Shown piece after piece: positions 27,323 to 39,110 of a stretch of 64,000 nucleotides of DNA. The notes below the pieces were generated by a model. The model was not told the DNA's origin and searched no databases. It saw only the letters and a list, made by a program, of their open reading frames with translations. The stretch lies in NCBI RefSeq assembly GCF_006345805.1, contig NC_043002.1, positions 107,198,001-107,262,000 of the forward strand. Reading direction: 5' to 3'. Each line of letters starts with the position of its first letter. Within the stretch, counting starts at the first letter, position 1. Both the position numbers and the translations under genes were made by a program. This DNA is from Octopus sinensis. Lineage: Eukaryota.

Positions 27323-28907
27323 TAAATGAGGGTGAAAAATTAGATATTAATTTAATAACGGTATATATATATATATATATATACCGGCCATATCTATCTT
27401 TTTATATACTCTACTACTTTATAACTTAAAGTAAGCTTCTCTTTCAGATTTATGATTCACTGAAGATATATATATATAAAACAAAACAGGACTATATTAA
27501 AAAATGCAACGAGTTTTTTTCGTATTTATATAATAGAATATATTAAAAACTAATACTAGGCGAGTTTGGATTGTTGCAGTTTTCATACATGGAAAAGATG
27601 TCGAAGTTTTGAGTGTGAGAAAAGAAAAATAAACAAGATGATAGTGAACATTTTACGACGCTAAAATACAGAGAGACGTGGTGGAAAGTAAATTAATTTT
27701 GAAGAAGATACGTTTGATCGTCTTGAAAGACAATTCTTCACGTCCAGAAAGTTTTGTCAACGATGGGACATCGGTCGAACTTTCAGAAATAGCAGTTAAA
27801 TCTACTTTATCATACCCCCGCCGTCTTTAAAAACACATTAGACAACAAATAGGATGGTCATGGCTGGGACGCCTTTAACCATAGTGTCTACTCGATCATT
27901 TCGTTTTTTCTTACGCCACTAAATTTTGTGAGAAAGGTATGAACTAAGTTTTTTCTGTTTATCTCACAAATCAATTTATTATCAATTTTTATCGATTTTT
28001 AAGTGAACTTTATCATTTTATTTTGCATTATTGTATTTTGGCGGGAGCGGGAAGGTGGTTTCTCTCTCTCTCTCTCTCTCTCTCCTCATGCACACACTCA
28101 CTATGAAGATGAAATTTTTCTCTCACTTATTTACCCCTGCTCTACATGATAATTGATCAAAGACGTTCCAGACGAGACCATTCCATCTTTTGTATTCTAG
28201 GACTGTTTTGTGTTTTCTTAAGACAGTGAGGAGGGATTTAGTTTCCATTTCTAGCCTAGAGCCTCCCTTTGTTTTTTGTTTTTTCTTTGCAATTAATAAA
28301 CAGATTCACGTCCTTTCACAATCTCTCTAAGTCTCTCTCCCTCTCTCTCTCTCTCTCCTCATTGCTCATTCTCTTGTCCTCCTCTTTTCATTGCATTCAA
28401 CTCACCCTTTTCCCAACAACCTCATCTCTTCCCAAGCTTTTCTCTCCCTCTCTCTCTGTTCCTCCCCTCTCTCCCTCTCTCTGCTCTCCTTTCTAAACTT
28501 CTCTATTTTAAATACTGGCTTTGCTTTATTCTTTCTCTATTTTCCTATTTCTGTCTCAGACTGGTGGTGGTGGTGGTATTGTGGAGTAGAGGGTTCTACT
28601 AGTTGGATAGATGTTGGGTTTTAGACTGAGTCTTAAGGGATAATCAGTTAATCTATTTATCTTTCCAAGACAGGTTAACATTTATTTTATTGATCAATTT
28701 GCTTTTCATATCTCAATTATCCAGAGATGCCTTCAGATATAATTATAGGCTCTACTCTCCATTAAATCCCGTGTGTATAATAATAAGTGTACCGTTTTCA
28801 GTACATGAAGTTACTGTCACAGATATGGATACGATTTGGACTCCTTCGTGGTTGGAATGATACAATCATATTTGATTTGAGTTTAGAAGTTGTGAGGAAA
28901 AAAAATT

Positions 28908-29710
28908 CAGGCATAGCTGTGTGGTAAGAAGCTTGCTTCCCAACCACATGGTTCTGGGTTCAGTCCCACTATGTGGCACCTAGGGCAAGTGTCTTCTATA
29001 GTATCAGGCTGACCAAAGCCTTGTGAGTGGATTTGGTAGATGGAAACTAAAAGAAGTATAAAAGGACCACATTATTTATGGGATGACTCAAAATTTGTGT
29101 GTCTGTGTTTGTCCCCGTCACCATCACTTGCCAACCGGTGTTGGTGTGTTTATGTCCCTGCAACTTAGTGGTTCGGCAAAAGAGACCAATAGAATATGTG
29201 GTAGGCTTACAAAGAATAAGTCCTGAGGTCAGTTTGTTCAACTAAAGGCAATGCTCCAGCATGGCCACTGTCAAATGACTAGCAAAGAAAAGAGTAATAA
29301 AGAATATATGTATATAAGGTGCAGGTGTGACTGTGTGGTAGGAAGCTTGCTTCCCAACCACACGGTTCTAAGTTCAGTCCCACTGCATGACACCTTGGGC
29401 AAATGTCCTCTACTGTAGCCTCAGGCTGATCAAAGCTTTGTGAGTGGATTTGATTGATGGAAACTGAAAGAAGCCCATCATATGAATGCATATATATGTG
29501 TGTGTGTCTGTGTTTGTCCCCCACCACCGCTTGATAGCTAGGGCTGGTGAGTTTACATCCCCGTAACTTAGCAGTTCAGCAAAAGGAACCAATAGAATAG
29601 GAACCAGGTTTATAAAAATAAGTACTGGGGTTGATATGTTTGACTGAAAATTCTTCAAGGTGGTGCCCCAGCATGGCCGCAGTCTACTGATTGGAACAAG
29701 TAAAAAAGTA
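28908..29710 (+). mobile_element. Two tandem older SINE H2 copies (~28908-29290 and ~29318-29710)
   Basis: H2 head, CORE-like body and tail, with many CpG>TpG/CpA changes. Confidence 0.85.
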
Positions 29711-29779
29711 AAGGACAGGTGTATGTGTATATATGATATTTGTATGTGTATATATCGTTGTATCTAAGTTTGTATCCAT

Positions 29780-30150
29780 GTCACCTGACTGGTGGCCAAT
29801 GTCAGTTCCGCCTGACTGGCACTTGTGCTGGTTGTATGTAAAAAGCACCATTCAAGCATGGCTGATGTCAGTGCCACCTGACTGGCACTTGTGCTGGCGG
29901 TATTTAAAAAGCACCATTCAAGCATGGCTGATGTCAGTTCCACCTGACTGGCTCCCATGCTGGTGGCACGTAAAAAGTACCCACTACATTCTTGGAGTGA
30001 TTGGCATAAGGAGGGGCATCCAGCTGTAGAAATATTGCCAAATCAGATTGGAGCCTGATCCAGCCTACAGGCTTGCCAGTTCTCAGGCAAACCATCCAAC
30101 CCATGACAGCATGGAAAGCCGATGTTAAACGACAACGATGATGATGATGT
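29780..30150 (+). mobile_element. RTE 3' UTR fragment with 66-bp internal tandem repeats
   Basis: Three repeats, then ...GATGTTAAACGACAACGATGATGATG. Confidence 0.75.
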
Positions 30151-30215
30151 ATGTTATTGTGTTGAATGAAATGTTTTTGAACTATTTAATAAAACCGATG
30201 TCAATGAATACCAGA

Positions 30216-30273
<58 letters not shown>

Positions 30274-30388
30274 TATTTTTTCAGTACATACACACTTACA
30301 TATCAAAATCATATTTGCTTTCCTTCTTACTGTGTGCCAGTTTCTGGTTAACTCTTACCTCACTCTGCCTCATACACACACACACACA

Positions 30389-30433
<45 letters not shown>

Positions 30434-31101
30434 GCTACCACCACTCTCTTGGCTCTCCTCTCTCACAAATCACATCTCACTCTCCACAGCTATTATTCAC
30501 TGCAACCACCCCCACATATATACTTTGTATCTCCACCTTTTACCCTATTCACTTCTTCGTCACTTCCACCAACCATTACATCATTAGATTCCCATTAAAA
30601 GCACCTTTCTACACAACTTCATACTTTTCTATTTCTCTCACTCCTACTAAACTTAGCAATTAATAAGATTTACCCAACATCTTCACTTTGTCTACATCTC
30701 CAATGTTTCTGTAGTCATCATCAGTGAAGGTACGTGGCTAAGTGGTTAAGACATTCAGCTCCCAGCAGTAAGGTTGTGAGTTCGATCTTGAATGGCATGT
30801 TGTCTCCTTGAGCATGACACTTTATTTTATAGAAAATTACTATTTGTAATCTGTTGTGTCTGGGGAGAGTCATTTTCTTTTTGTGCCTTACTATTTCTAA
30901 ATCTCATAATGAGAGATATTCAACAACAGTACTCTAGAGTACAGGTTGTTTGCCAACATAACATGGCAGTCCTGGTTTAGAATGAATGTTGCTGTAATTT
31001 AGCCCCAGGAGACATCGTCTCCAACTGGCTATATGACATGATTTGTGTCCTTATATTTTCAAACAAGGGAATCTAGCACCCCCACTCAACTCGAAACAAT
31101 A

Positions 31102-31146
31102 TCTGTCTATCGTGATTCCTGGGTTATTTCCCTTCATCAGCACAGA
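31102..31146 (-). ncRNA. Minimal type I hammerhead ribozyme motif, degenerate copy
   Basis: TCTGTG CTGATGA A GGG-AAATAA-CCC A GGAA T-CACG-A TA GACAGA; GAAA is changed to GGAA. Confidence 0.6.
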
Positions 31147-31502
31147 ATAATTGTTCGGCTAGAGGTGGCGCTGCCAATTCCTGTTTGAAATATATAGTTT
31201 TCAAAGTGACACTGATCTATTAATTAGAAAATCACTATTTGTAAATCTCCCAACAAGAGATATTCGGCAACAGTACTCTAGAGTAAAGGTTGTTTGCCAA
31301 CATAACATGACAGTCCTGGTTTAAGACGAATGTTACTGTAATTTAGCCCCAGGAGACATCGTTTCCAGCTGGCTATACGACACGATCTGTGTCCTTATAT
31401 TTTCGAACAAGGGCATTTAGCACCCCAACTCAATTCAACTATATTGAAAACTATATACTTCTAACAGGAATTTAGCAGCACCACCTCTAACCGAACAATT
31501 AT

Positions 31503-31547
31503 TCTGTGCTGAGGAAAGGAAATAACCTAGAAATCGTGATACACAGA
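31503..31547 (+). ncRNA. Minimal type I hammerhead ribozyme motif, intact core
   Basis: Stem I TCTGTG/CACAGA, core CTGAGGA, stem II AGG/CCT, GAAA, stem III T-CGTG-A, cleavage triplet AUA. Confidence 0.75.
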
Positions 31548-32760
31548 TATTGTTTTGTGCTGAGTGAGGGTGCTTAATGCCCTTGTTCGGAAATATAAGG
31601 ACACAGATCATGTTGTATAGCCAGCTGGAGACGATGTCTCCTGGAGTTAAATTACAGCAACATTCGTCCTAAACCAGGAGTGTCATGTTATGTTGACAGA
31701 CAATCTTTACGCTACTTTATTTTATGTTGCTCCAGTCCACTCAGCTGGCAAAAATGAGTTCTACCTGTATTTCAAAGGGCCAGCCTTGTCACACTCTGTC
31801 GTGTTGAATCAACCTGAGAACTATGTTAAGGATGTGTGTGTCTAGGAGCGCTCAGCCACTTCGGCTGGAACCCTTGTCATTGTAAGTGATGGAGTACCAA
31901 TATAATATGTAATGTAAGATACCCTTATCACTTTAACTTTCACATTTTCATGCTTGCATGAGTTGATGAAATTCATGGAGACAGATTTTGTAGGGCCAGA
32001 TGCCCTTTTGTCCTGCCAGCAACCCCTCACCCATTTCTAACTGTCACCTGTGGCTGGACATGTTTTCATGGAAGATTGAAAATGAACACCACTACTTGTG
32101 TGATGGTGATGCACATTTACAAGCATTGTGTTGCATCAAGACGACACACACACACATTTTGGCACTCTGTTGGTTATGACGATGAGGGTTCCAGCTGATC
32201 CAATCAACAGGACAGCCTGTTTGTGAAATTAATGCACGAGAGGTGGAGCACTCTACAGACAAGTGAACCGTTACATAGTTACGGGGACATAAACACATCA
32301 ACTCCAGTTGTCAAGTGGTGTTAGGGGACAAACTCAAAGATACACACACACACACACACAACAGGCTTCTTTCCACTCACAAGGCTTTGGTCAACCCGAA
32401 GCTATAGTAGAAGACACTTGCCCAAGGTGTCATGCAGTGGGACTGAACCCGGAACCATGTGGTTGGGAAACAAACTTCTTACTACCACTAGTGCAGCTAG
32501 AGTGTCTACCGCCTGGGGTGGCCCTTCCGTTTGCCACCCCTGAACCTCACACTATACTTTATACACACTTTTGACAAGTTGTGGTGCACCTGAGCATAAT
32601 TTCATTATATATTATAAAAAACAAGGCGGCGAGCTGGCAGAACCGTTAGCACACCGGGTGACATGCTTAGCGGTGTTTCGTCTGCTGTTATGTTCTGAGT
32701 TCAGCCAAGGAGAAATTTCAGCGGACTTTTGAAAATGACAAAAAAAAAATCTGCAACCAT

Positions 32761-32919
32761 AGGCGCAGTGGTTGTGTAGTAAGTAGCTTGCTAACCAACC
32801 ACATGGTTCCGGGTTCAGTCCCACTGCGTGGCATCTTGGGCAAGTGTCTTCTGCTATAGCCCCGGGCCGACCAATGCCTTGTGAGTGGATTTGGTAGACG
32901 GAAACTGAAAGGAGCCCAT

Positions 32920-32976
<57 letters not shown>

Positions 32977-33165
32977 TTGTCCCCCTAGCATTGCTTGACA
33001 ACCGATGCTGGTGTGTTTACGTCCCCGTCACTTAGCGGTTTGGCAAAAGAGACCGATAGAATAAGTACTGGGCTTACAAAGAATAAGTCCCGGGGTCGAT
33101 TTGCTTGACTAAAGGCGGTGCTCCAGCATGGCCGCAGTCAAATGACTGAAACAAGTAAAAGAGTA
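32761..33165 (+). mobile_element. SINE H2 (young)
   Basis: Near-identical to 12449; a partial minus copy lies at ~32280-32490 and a Nin-SINE head at ~32623-32705. Confidence 0.9.
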
Positions 33166-33947
33166 TTGTAGCAAAGGCTAAGGAAGATCCATTGATCATT
33201 TACACAAAGAGTTACTGATTTGTAAAACATTTTAACAACTCAGGTTTTAGTGTGAAACAGCTGCACTATCAAGCTACAGTGGTTCACAATTATGCTGCTC
33301 TACTTAGCAAAATCAGCCTTCGAAGATGTACAGTAAATGTATTTATAAATATATTACATATCTACAGATGTGCGTACATACCTGCCTGCATGCATATATA
33401 CATATGTGCATACATGCTTGTGTACATGTGTAGTTACATGTGAAGTAGTAAGATAGAAACTGTGCGTGGATGTGTGGGTGTGTAAAAGTAAGATAGAGGA
33501 TAAGTATGTGTATGCAAAATAATAAGATAAAGACTGTATGAAAGGGAGACAGATATACAGGTAGGTTTAGAAAGAGTTCACCTTGGTGTAGGTAGGTTAT
33601 TTTGCAATGTTTCTGGATTTGATCTCGAAACCTGGCCCTAGAACATCGGTTTTCTTTAAACATACGTACATATATACATACATACATGCATGCACTGATA
33701 CATACACACATGCATGCACATATATATACAGGCATGCACATACACATACATGCATGTACACCTACATACATATATGCAAACTGAAACTAGGTGTTTGTCT
33801 TCTTGGGACCCAAGTTTCACACCTACTTTCTTCAGTTTTACCTGAAGATCTCAACAAGCATGAATCTATAGTTCTATATTTAAGAGATTAGGAATTATGT
33901 ACAATATTTACATTTGACGGATATTTGTCCTCATCTTGTTTGTTGTT

Positions 33948-33993
33948 AACACAACGTTTCGGCTGATATACCCTCCAGCCTTCATCAGGTGTC
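33948..33993 (-). ncRNA. Minimal type I hammerhead ribozyme motif
   Basis: GACAC CTGATGA A GGCTG-GAGGGTATAT-CAGCC GAAA CG T T GTGTT; stem III is reduced to the palindrome AACGTT. Confidence 0.75.
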
Positions 33994-34235
33994 TTGGGCA
34001 AATTTTGAAACTGGGTTCTCATTCCTAAGGTATTTTTCAATGTTGTTGTTATAATTATTATTATTCAGGTCACTGCCTGGAATCGAACTTGGAATCTTGG
34101 GGTTAGTAGCCTGCGCTCTTAACCACTACGCGCCATATGCCCATGAGTTCAATTCCAGGCAGTGACCTGAATAATAATAATAATAACTTTGAAAAATACC
34201 TCAGGAATGAGAACCCAGGTTCGAAATTTCCCCAA

Positions 34236-34281
34236 GACATCTGATGAAGGCTGGAGGGTATATCAGCCGAAACATTGTTAA
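34236..34281 (+). ncRNA. Hammerhead motif, degenerate second copy
   Basis: CTGATGA A GGCTG..CAGCC GAAAC is intact; stems I and III are damaged (CG>CA, 2-nt deletion). Confidence 0.55.
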
Positions 34282-34464
34282 CAACAAACAAGATGAGGAC
34301 AAATATCCATCAAATGTAAATAATGTAAATAATGTATCATGAAATTAGTTGTGAGATAAACTCTCAGTTTCAATAAAAAAAGTCATATCCCCTGTATGTA
34401 TTGAGTACTCCTTTCTCATTCATTCAATATAAAGCAATGTATTTATGTGTGTGTGTGTTTGTGT

Positions 34465-34810
34465 GTGCTGAGCACCCCAGGTACAAACTTTGTGCAAATT
34501 TTGTGCTTGTTCAGATCTTTATGAATAATTCTGTGTTCAGTTGTTGCACGTACTCCAAACTGTATGCCTATCGTTTTTATAAACACTTGACTGTGTTCAT
34601 TTGGAAAATTGTAAATTTTCTCAACCAGCTCTGAAGTTCTGAGGTCCATCTTCCTCCTACACTTCTCATCATTTCTCCCCTTCTCTCTACCACCCTTGAA
34701 CCTCTTGGGCTGGTGAGAAAGGCAATCCATAAGCATTCTGAAGCATTTCATAAGAAATGTCTATAGACTTTTTGCTCAATCAAACACCCAACTTTAATGC
34801 ACAACAAGCT
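34465..34810 (-). mobile_element. mariner transposase N-terminal relic
   Basis: KRFKGGRE..DE and HRIIHKDLNKHKICTKFVPGVLS match the mariner HTH and WVPxxL linker region. Confidence 0.75.
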
Positions 34811-34849
34811 TCCAAATTCCCTTCATGTCTTGACTGCAGTCTGCAAACT

Positions 34850-35680
34850 TTTCTTTCTTCTTGGTTTGGCTTCGCTGACAAAGATCAGGATGGCTGTCAT
34901 CCACGTCATCTGTACACTTGTTTGTGGCTGATAAGGCTGATGCGGGATCAACATATCCGATTGCAATGATGACAGGAGTATGGTTGTCCAGGGTCTGATG
35001 ATGCAGCTACATTATTTTTTTGCCTCTGAAGTTTGTCTTCAAGAGAGGTACTGCGAGAGATCTCAAAGGAGGAGATGGCATCGCTGATGGTATGGCGCCA
35101 AGCAGTACAGGCAGCTGTTAGAGTGGACCACTCACGATAATCAGTGTCACAAATGCTAAGGGACTGCTTCAGGCAGTCCTTGTAATGCTTCTTTGGTGCC
35201 CCCTGTTGTTGTTGTTGTTGTTGTTAAGCAACAAGATGGGTAAGGGTGATTAGGTGATGGTCTAGGGCTTAGGGACGGGAGACCCCAGACCTTGGAAAAA
35301 AAACAAAACTTTGGTCGTCTTGTTGTAGTCGAGGGCTCTTCATTGACGCATGACACCACTGGGAGGTGGCCCTCGAAGTCGCTGGAAATGGAGATCTCCA
35401 GGTCCAAATTCTTGGACGGCCCCCTCACTGTTGTGGTGGCCAGTGATGAGCTCACCATACCTGATGATCTTGGGTAGGTGGTGGTCTTTCATTTTGTCAA
35501 CATGTCTTGCCCAACGTAGTTGCATCCCAAGTAAAATGGCTTCCAGGCTGGTAACTTTTACTCACTTGAGGACCTCAGTATTGGTGATGTAGTCACTGCT
35601 GTAGATGTTGAGAATGGTACGAAGGCAGCATTGGTGAAAATGTTCAAGGAATCTGAGATGACAGTGGTAGGGGAGGAGTC
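34850..35680 (-). mobile_element. RTE-clade LINE 3' fragment, interrupted at ~35205-35425 by another (AAC)n-tailed retroelement end
   Basis: QLRWARHVDKMKDHHLPKIIRYGEL, GAPKKHYKDCLK and C-terminal YSCHHCNRIC..RISLISH; the insert is flanked by GCCCCCT. Confidence 0.8.
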
Positions 35681-35845
35681 AGATATGAAAAGCAGGGTTT
35701 GGTAAGATGTCTTCAGAGTGCTGTTACAGCTGTCTCCTTCAGTCTGGAATAAGAAAATTTGGCAGGTCAGCTTATTAGGTGCATAGTAATCATATACTAA
35801 AATTACAATGATTTAGTGTATATATATATATATATATATATCGAA

Positions 35846-36432
35846 CTTTAGGCCTCACTGAGGAAATGACCAGTGACCGAGACCTTTGGAAATATGCTGT
35901 ACATGAGAAGACCAGGCAGGACAAGTGAGCCCAGCCCACTTATGCATGCCTTTCCTCCCTTAGACACAAAGACCTGTTGAGGCAAGCGAAGTCGATATAG
36001 AACCTCATCCGACGACAGGCACCCATGCCAACCCCCTTTGCTTGCGAAGACATGTTGGGGCAAGTGAAATCGAAATCGAATTGAACCAGCCAGGACCCCT
36101 GGACTGGTGGTACATAAAAAGCACTATCCGACTCGTGGCCGATGCCAGCGCCGCCTCGACTGGCTTTCGTGCCGGTGGCACGTAAAATGCACCAATCCGA
36201 CCATGGCTGTTGCCAGCCTCACCTGGCACCTGTGCAGGTGGCACGTAAAAAGCACCCACTACACTCATGGAGTGGTTGGCGTTAGGAAGGGCATCCAGCT
36301 GTAGAAACATTGCCAGATAAGACTGGAGCCTGGGGCAGCCTTCTGGCTTCCCAGATCCCCGGTCGAACTGTCCAACCCATGCTAGCATGGGGAACGGACG
36401 TTAAACGATGATGATGATGATGATGATGATGA
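35846..36432 (+). mobile_element. RTE LINE 3' end: ORF tail plus 3' UTR with tandem hairpin repeats and a (GAT)n tail
   Basis: LGLTEEMTSDRDLWKYAVHEKTRQDK*, then the UTR ending CGGACGTTAAACGATGATGATG. Confidence 0.8.
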
Positions 36433-37229
36433 TAGGGTAAGATTAATTAATTAATTAATCAATTGATTATAATTAATAATTTTACCAAGTAATCAGTATG
36501 TTAAAATAATCTTTATAGGTGAATTATACAAAATATTCTATAATTATATACATAAATATAATAATAATCTGGGGTCAGCTAACTGCTTTGCCACATACCG
36601 AAATTAGAAATAGAAGCTAAAGCCATTTCAACTACCATAAGAGAGGGATAGAGAGAGAATGTGTATACATGTGAATGTATGTGTGTGTGTGTGTATATAT
36701 AGATGTGTATGTCTCTGTGTGTATATATGTGTGTATATGCATATATAAATATATTTATAGGTATATATATGTATGGTTATACAGGTCTAAATAGGACATG
36801 CATATATAATGTGTGTGTGTGTGTGTGTGTGTGTTTGTGTACCTGCATATGTAATGGTGTGTTTAAATTTGTGTGTATAATTCAAAAATTTAATTTCTCA
36901 TAAAGACGTTAAAATGTGCTGCGTTTGTATGTTTAAGTTCTTATGGAACAAAAGAGAGGACAAATCAATAACTGCGTACACATTTTGTGATAAATGCTTG
37001 CGGCCCCTTAATCCTTGTTTCCCCCTCCCCATCTCTTTTCTCTCACTGCTTGTTGTTGTTGTTGTTGTTGCAAATATGTTTGTTATGTTTCACACTCACA
37101 TCAATGAGCAGCTGATAGATATTAGATTAACATAATCCCATTAAATATTTAAACTTGGACTGGACCTGTTTTCTTTTTTGTTCTTGTGTGTGTGTGTGTT
37201 TGTTGAGCTTTTTGGCTTTAATTGTAGTG

Positions 37230-38213
37230 CAGTGGTTCTCAACTGTGGTTTTTATGACCTTTGGGGGTCCATATAAAATTTTGTGCAAGAAATTGTACTA
37301 TACATAAAATACTTTAACAATTTTTTAATATCATCATGATCATCATCGTTTAACGTCCGCTTTCCATGCTAGCATGGGTTGGACGGTTCAACTGGGGTCT
37401 GGGAAGCCCGGAGGCTGCACCAGGCCAGTCAGATCTGACAGTGTTTCTACAGCTGGATGCCCTTCCTGAATCCAACCACTCCGAGAGTGTAGTGGGTGCT
37501 TTTATGTGCCACCGACACAGGTGCCAGACGAGGCTGGCGAATATAATTCCTAATAATCATCATTATCATCATCATCATCATTTAACGTCTGCTTTCCATG
37601 CTGGCATGGGTTTGATGGTTTAACTGAGGGCTGGCAAGCCAGAAGGCTGTACTAGGCTCTGATCTGATTTGGCAAAGTTTCTATGGCTGAAGGCCCTTCC
37701 TGAAGCCAACCACTCAGCAGAGTGTAGTGGGTGCTTTTTACATGCCACCGGCATGAGGGCCAGTCAGGCAGTACTGGCATCCATCATGCTTGAATGGTGC
37801 TTTTTATGTGCCACTGGCACAGGAGCCGGTCAGGTGGCACTGGTAACAACCACGTTCAAATGGTGCTTTTTACATGCCACTGGCATGGGACCAGTCAGCC
37901 AGCACTGGCATTGGCCATGCTCGAATGGTGCTTTTTATGTGCAACCAGCACAAGTGCCAATCAGGAGGTACTGTCATTGGCCACAACAACAATTTCACTT
38001 GCCTCAACAGGTTTTCACAAGCGCAGTTTATTGCTCAATGATTGAAGGGTACTCTTAAATGGGTTGGTTATGCAGCACTGGCATAGGCCACGGTTACGGT
38101 CTCACTTATAAAATTACAATAGGGATTTTTAGATATTGAAAGGCTATGAGAGTCCAATAGAATAGAACAGGAGTCAAAAGGGTCCATAGGCAAAAAATTG
38201 TTGGTTACCACTG
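37230..38213. mobile_element. Old hAT-like MITE carrying two nested RTE 3' UTR fragments (~37335-38110, minus)
   Basis: CAGTGGTTCTCAAC ... GTTGGTTACCACTG termini; TSD not preserved. Confidence 0.55.
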
Positions 38214-38442
38214 ATCTACAGCTTGGTTGTTTACTGTAACTTTTCTTATCAACAAGGGTACCTCCACATGGTGGCTTGACCTGCTAGAAGCAGTACCTAA
38301 ATCAAATTGCATCTTCAGTTTCTTAAAACTAACATTACCTAATATTCTAAAATATTATACAACAAATTAATCCTGATATTTTATCTTATTTTAATAAACA
38401 ATATATTTATATATTATAATATATAAGAATTAATAAAATAAA

Positions 38443-38836
38443 TAGGAGTGGCTGTGTGGTAAGTAGCTTGCTTATGAACTGCATGGTTCTGGGTTCAGTC
38501 CCACTGTGTGGCACCTTGGGCAAGTGTCTTCTACTATAGCTTTGGGCTGACCAAAGCCTTGTGAGTGGATTTGGTAGACGGAAACTGAAAGGAGCCTGTC
38601 GTATATATGTATATATATATATATGTATGTGTGTCTGTGTTTGTCCCCCCAACATCACTTGACAACTGATGCTAGTGTGTTTACGTCCCCGTAACTTAGC
38701 GGTTTGGCAAAAGAGATCGATAGAATAAGTACTTGGCTTACAAAGAATAAGTCCTGGGCTCGATTTGCTCGACTAAAGGCAGTGCTCCAGCATGGCCACA
38801 GTCAAATGACTGAAACAAGTAAAAGGGTAAAAGAGT
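38443..38836 (+). mobile_element. SINE H2
   Basis: Family match. Confidence 0.88.
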
Positions 38837-39110
38837 AATTAATACAAATAATCAATAATAATAATTAATAATTACAAAAGATTACTAAATTAAACAACCA
38901 TGAATTTTACTAACATATTAACTTAGACATCAATAAAATTGTGTAAAAAATTAATTTACTGAATTGAAATAGTTTTGAAAGATGACTTGGACTGTTTTGT
39001 TTAATTATATGGGATGAATAAAAAATAATTATAAGCTGAAAATAAAATTCTCTTGCAGGGTTGTTATGAGTTGACATCACGTTAGTTTTTCTGAGTCCAT
39101 TAGAGTTTTA

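Larger units (their letters stand above)
30831..31713. mobile_element. Penelope-like/retrozyme-like insertion: ~1.6 tandem monomers on minus plus an inverted partial monomer on plus
   Basis: 12-bp TSD ACTTTATTTTAT (30819-30830, 31714-31725). Tandem restart at 31226. Inversion from ~31445. Contains hammerhead motifs. Confidence 0.8.
30728..31898 (+). mobile_element. Old tRNA SINE (Meta/CORE-like body with tail A), split by the insertion at 30831-31713
   Basis: Head TGGCTAAGTGG..GAGTTCGATC; TCCTTGAGCATGACACTTT|..TTGCTCCAGTCCACTCAGCTG; then tail A sequence TACCTGTATTTCAAAGGGCC. Confidence 0.7.
33870..34335. mobile_element. Foldback element: tRNA-headed, hammerhead-containing SINE-like unit (minus) plus an inverted 5'-truncated copy (plus)
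   Basis: Arms of ~190 bp are reverse complements. Minus head TGGCGCGTAGTGG..GTTCGATTCC (A/B boxes) is followed by the hammerhead. Confidence 0.8.
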
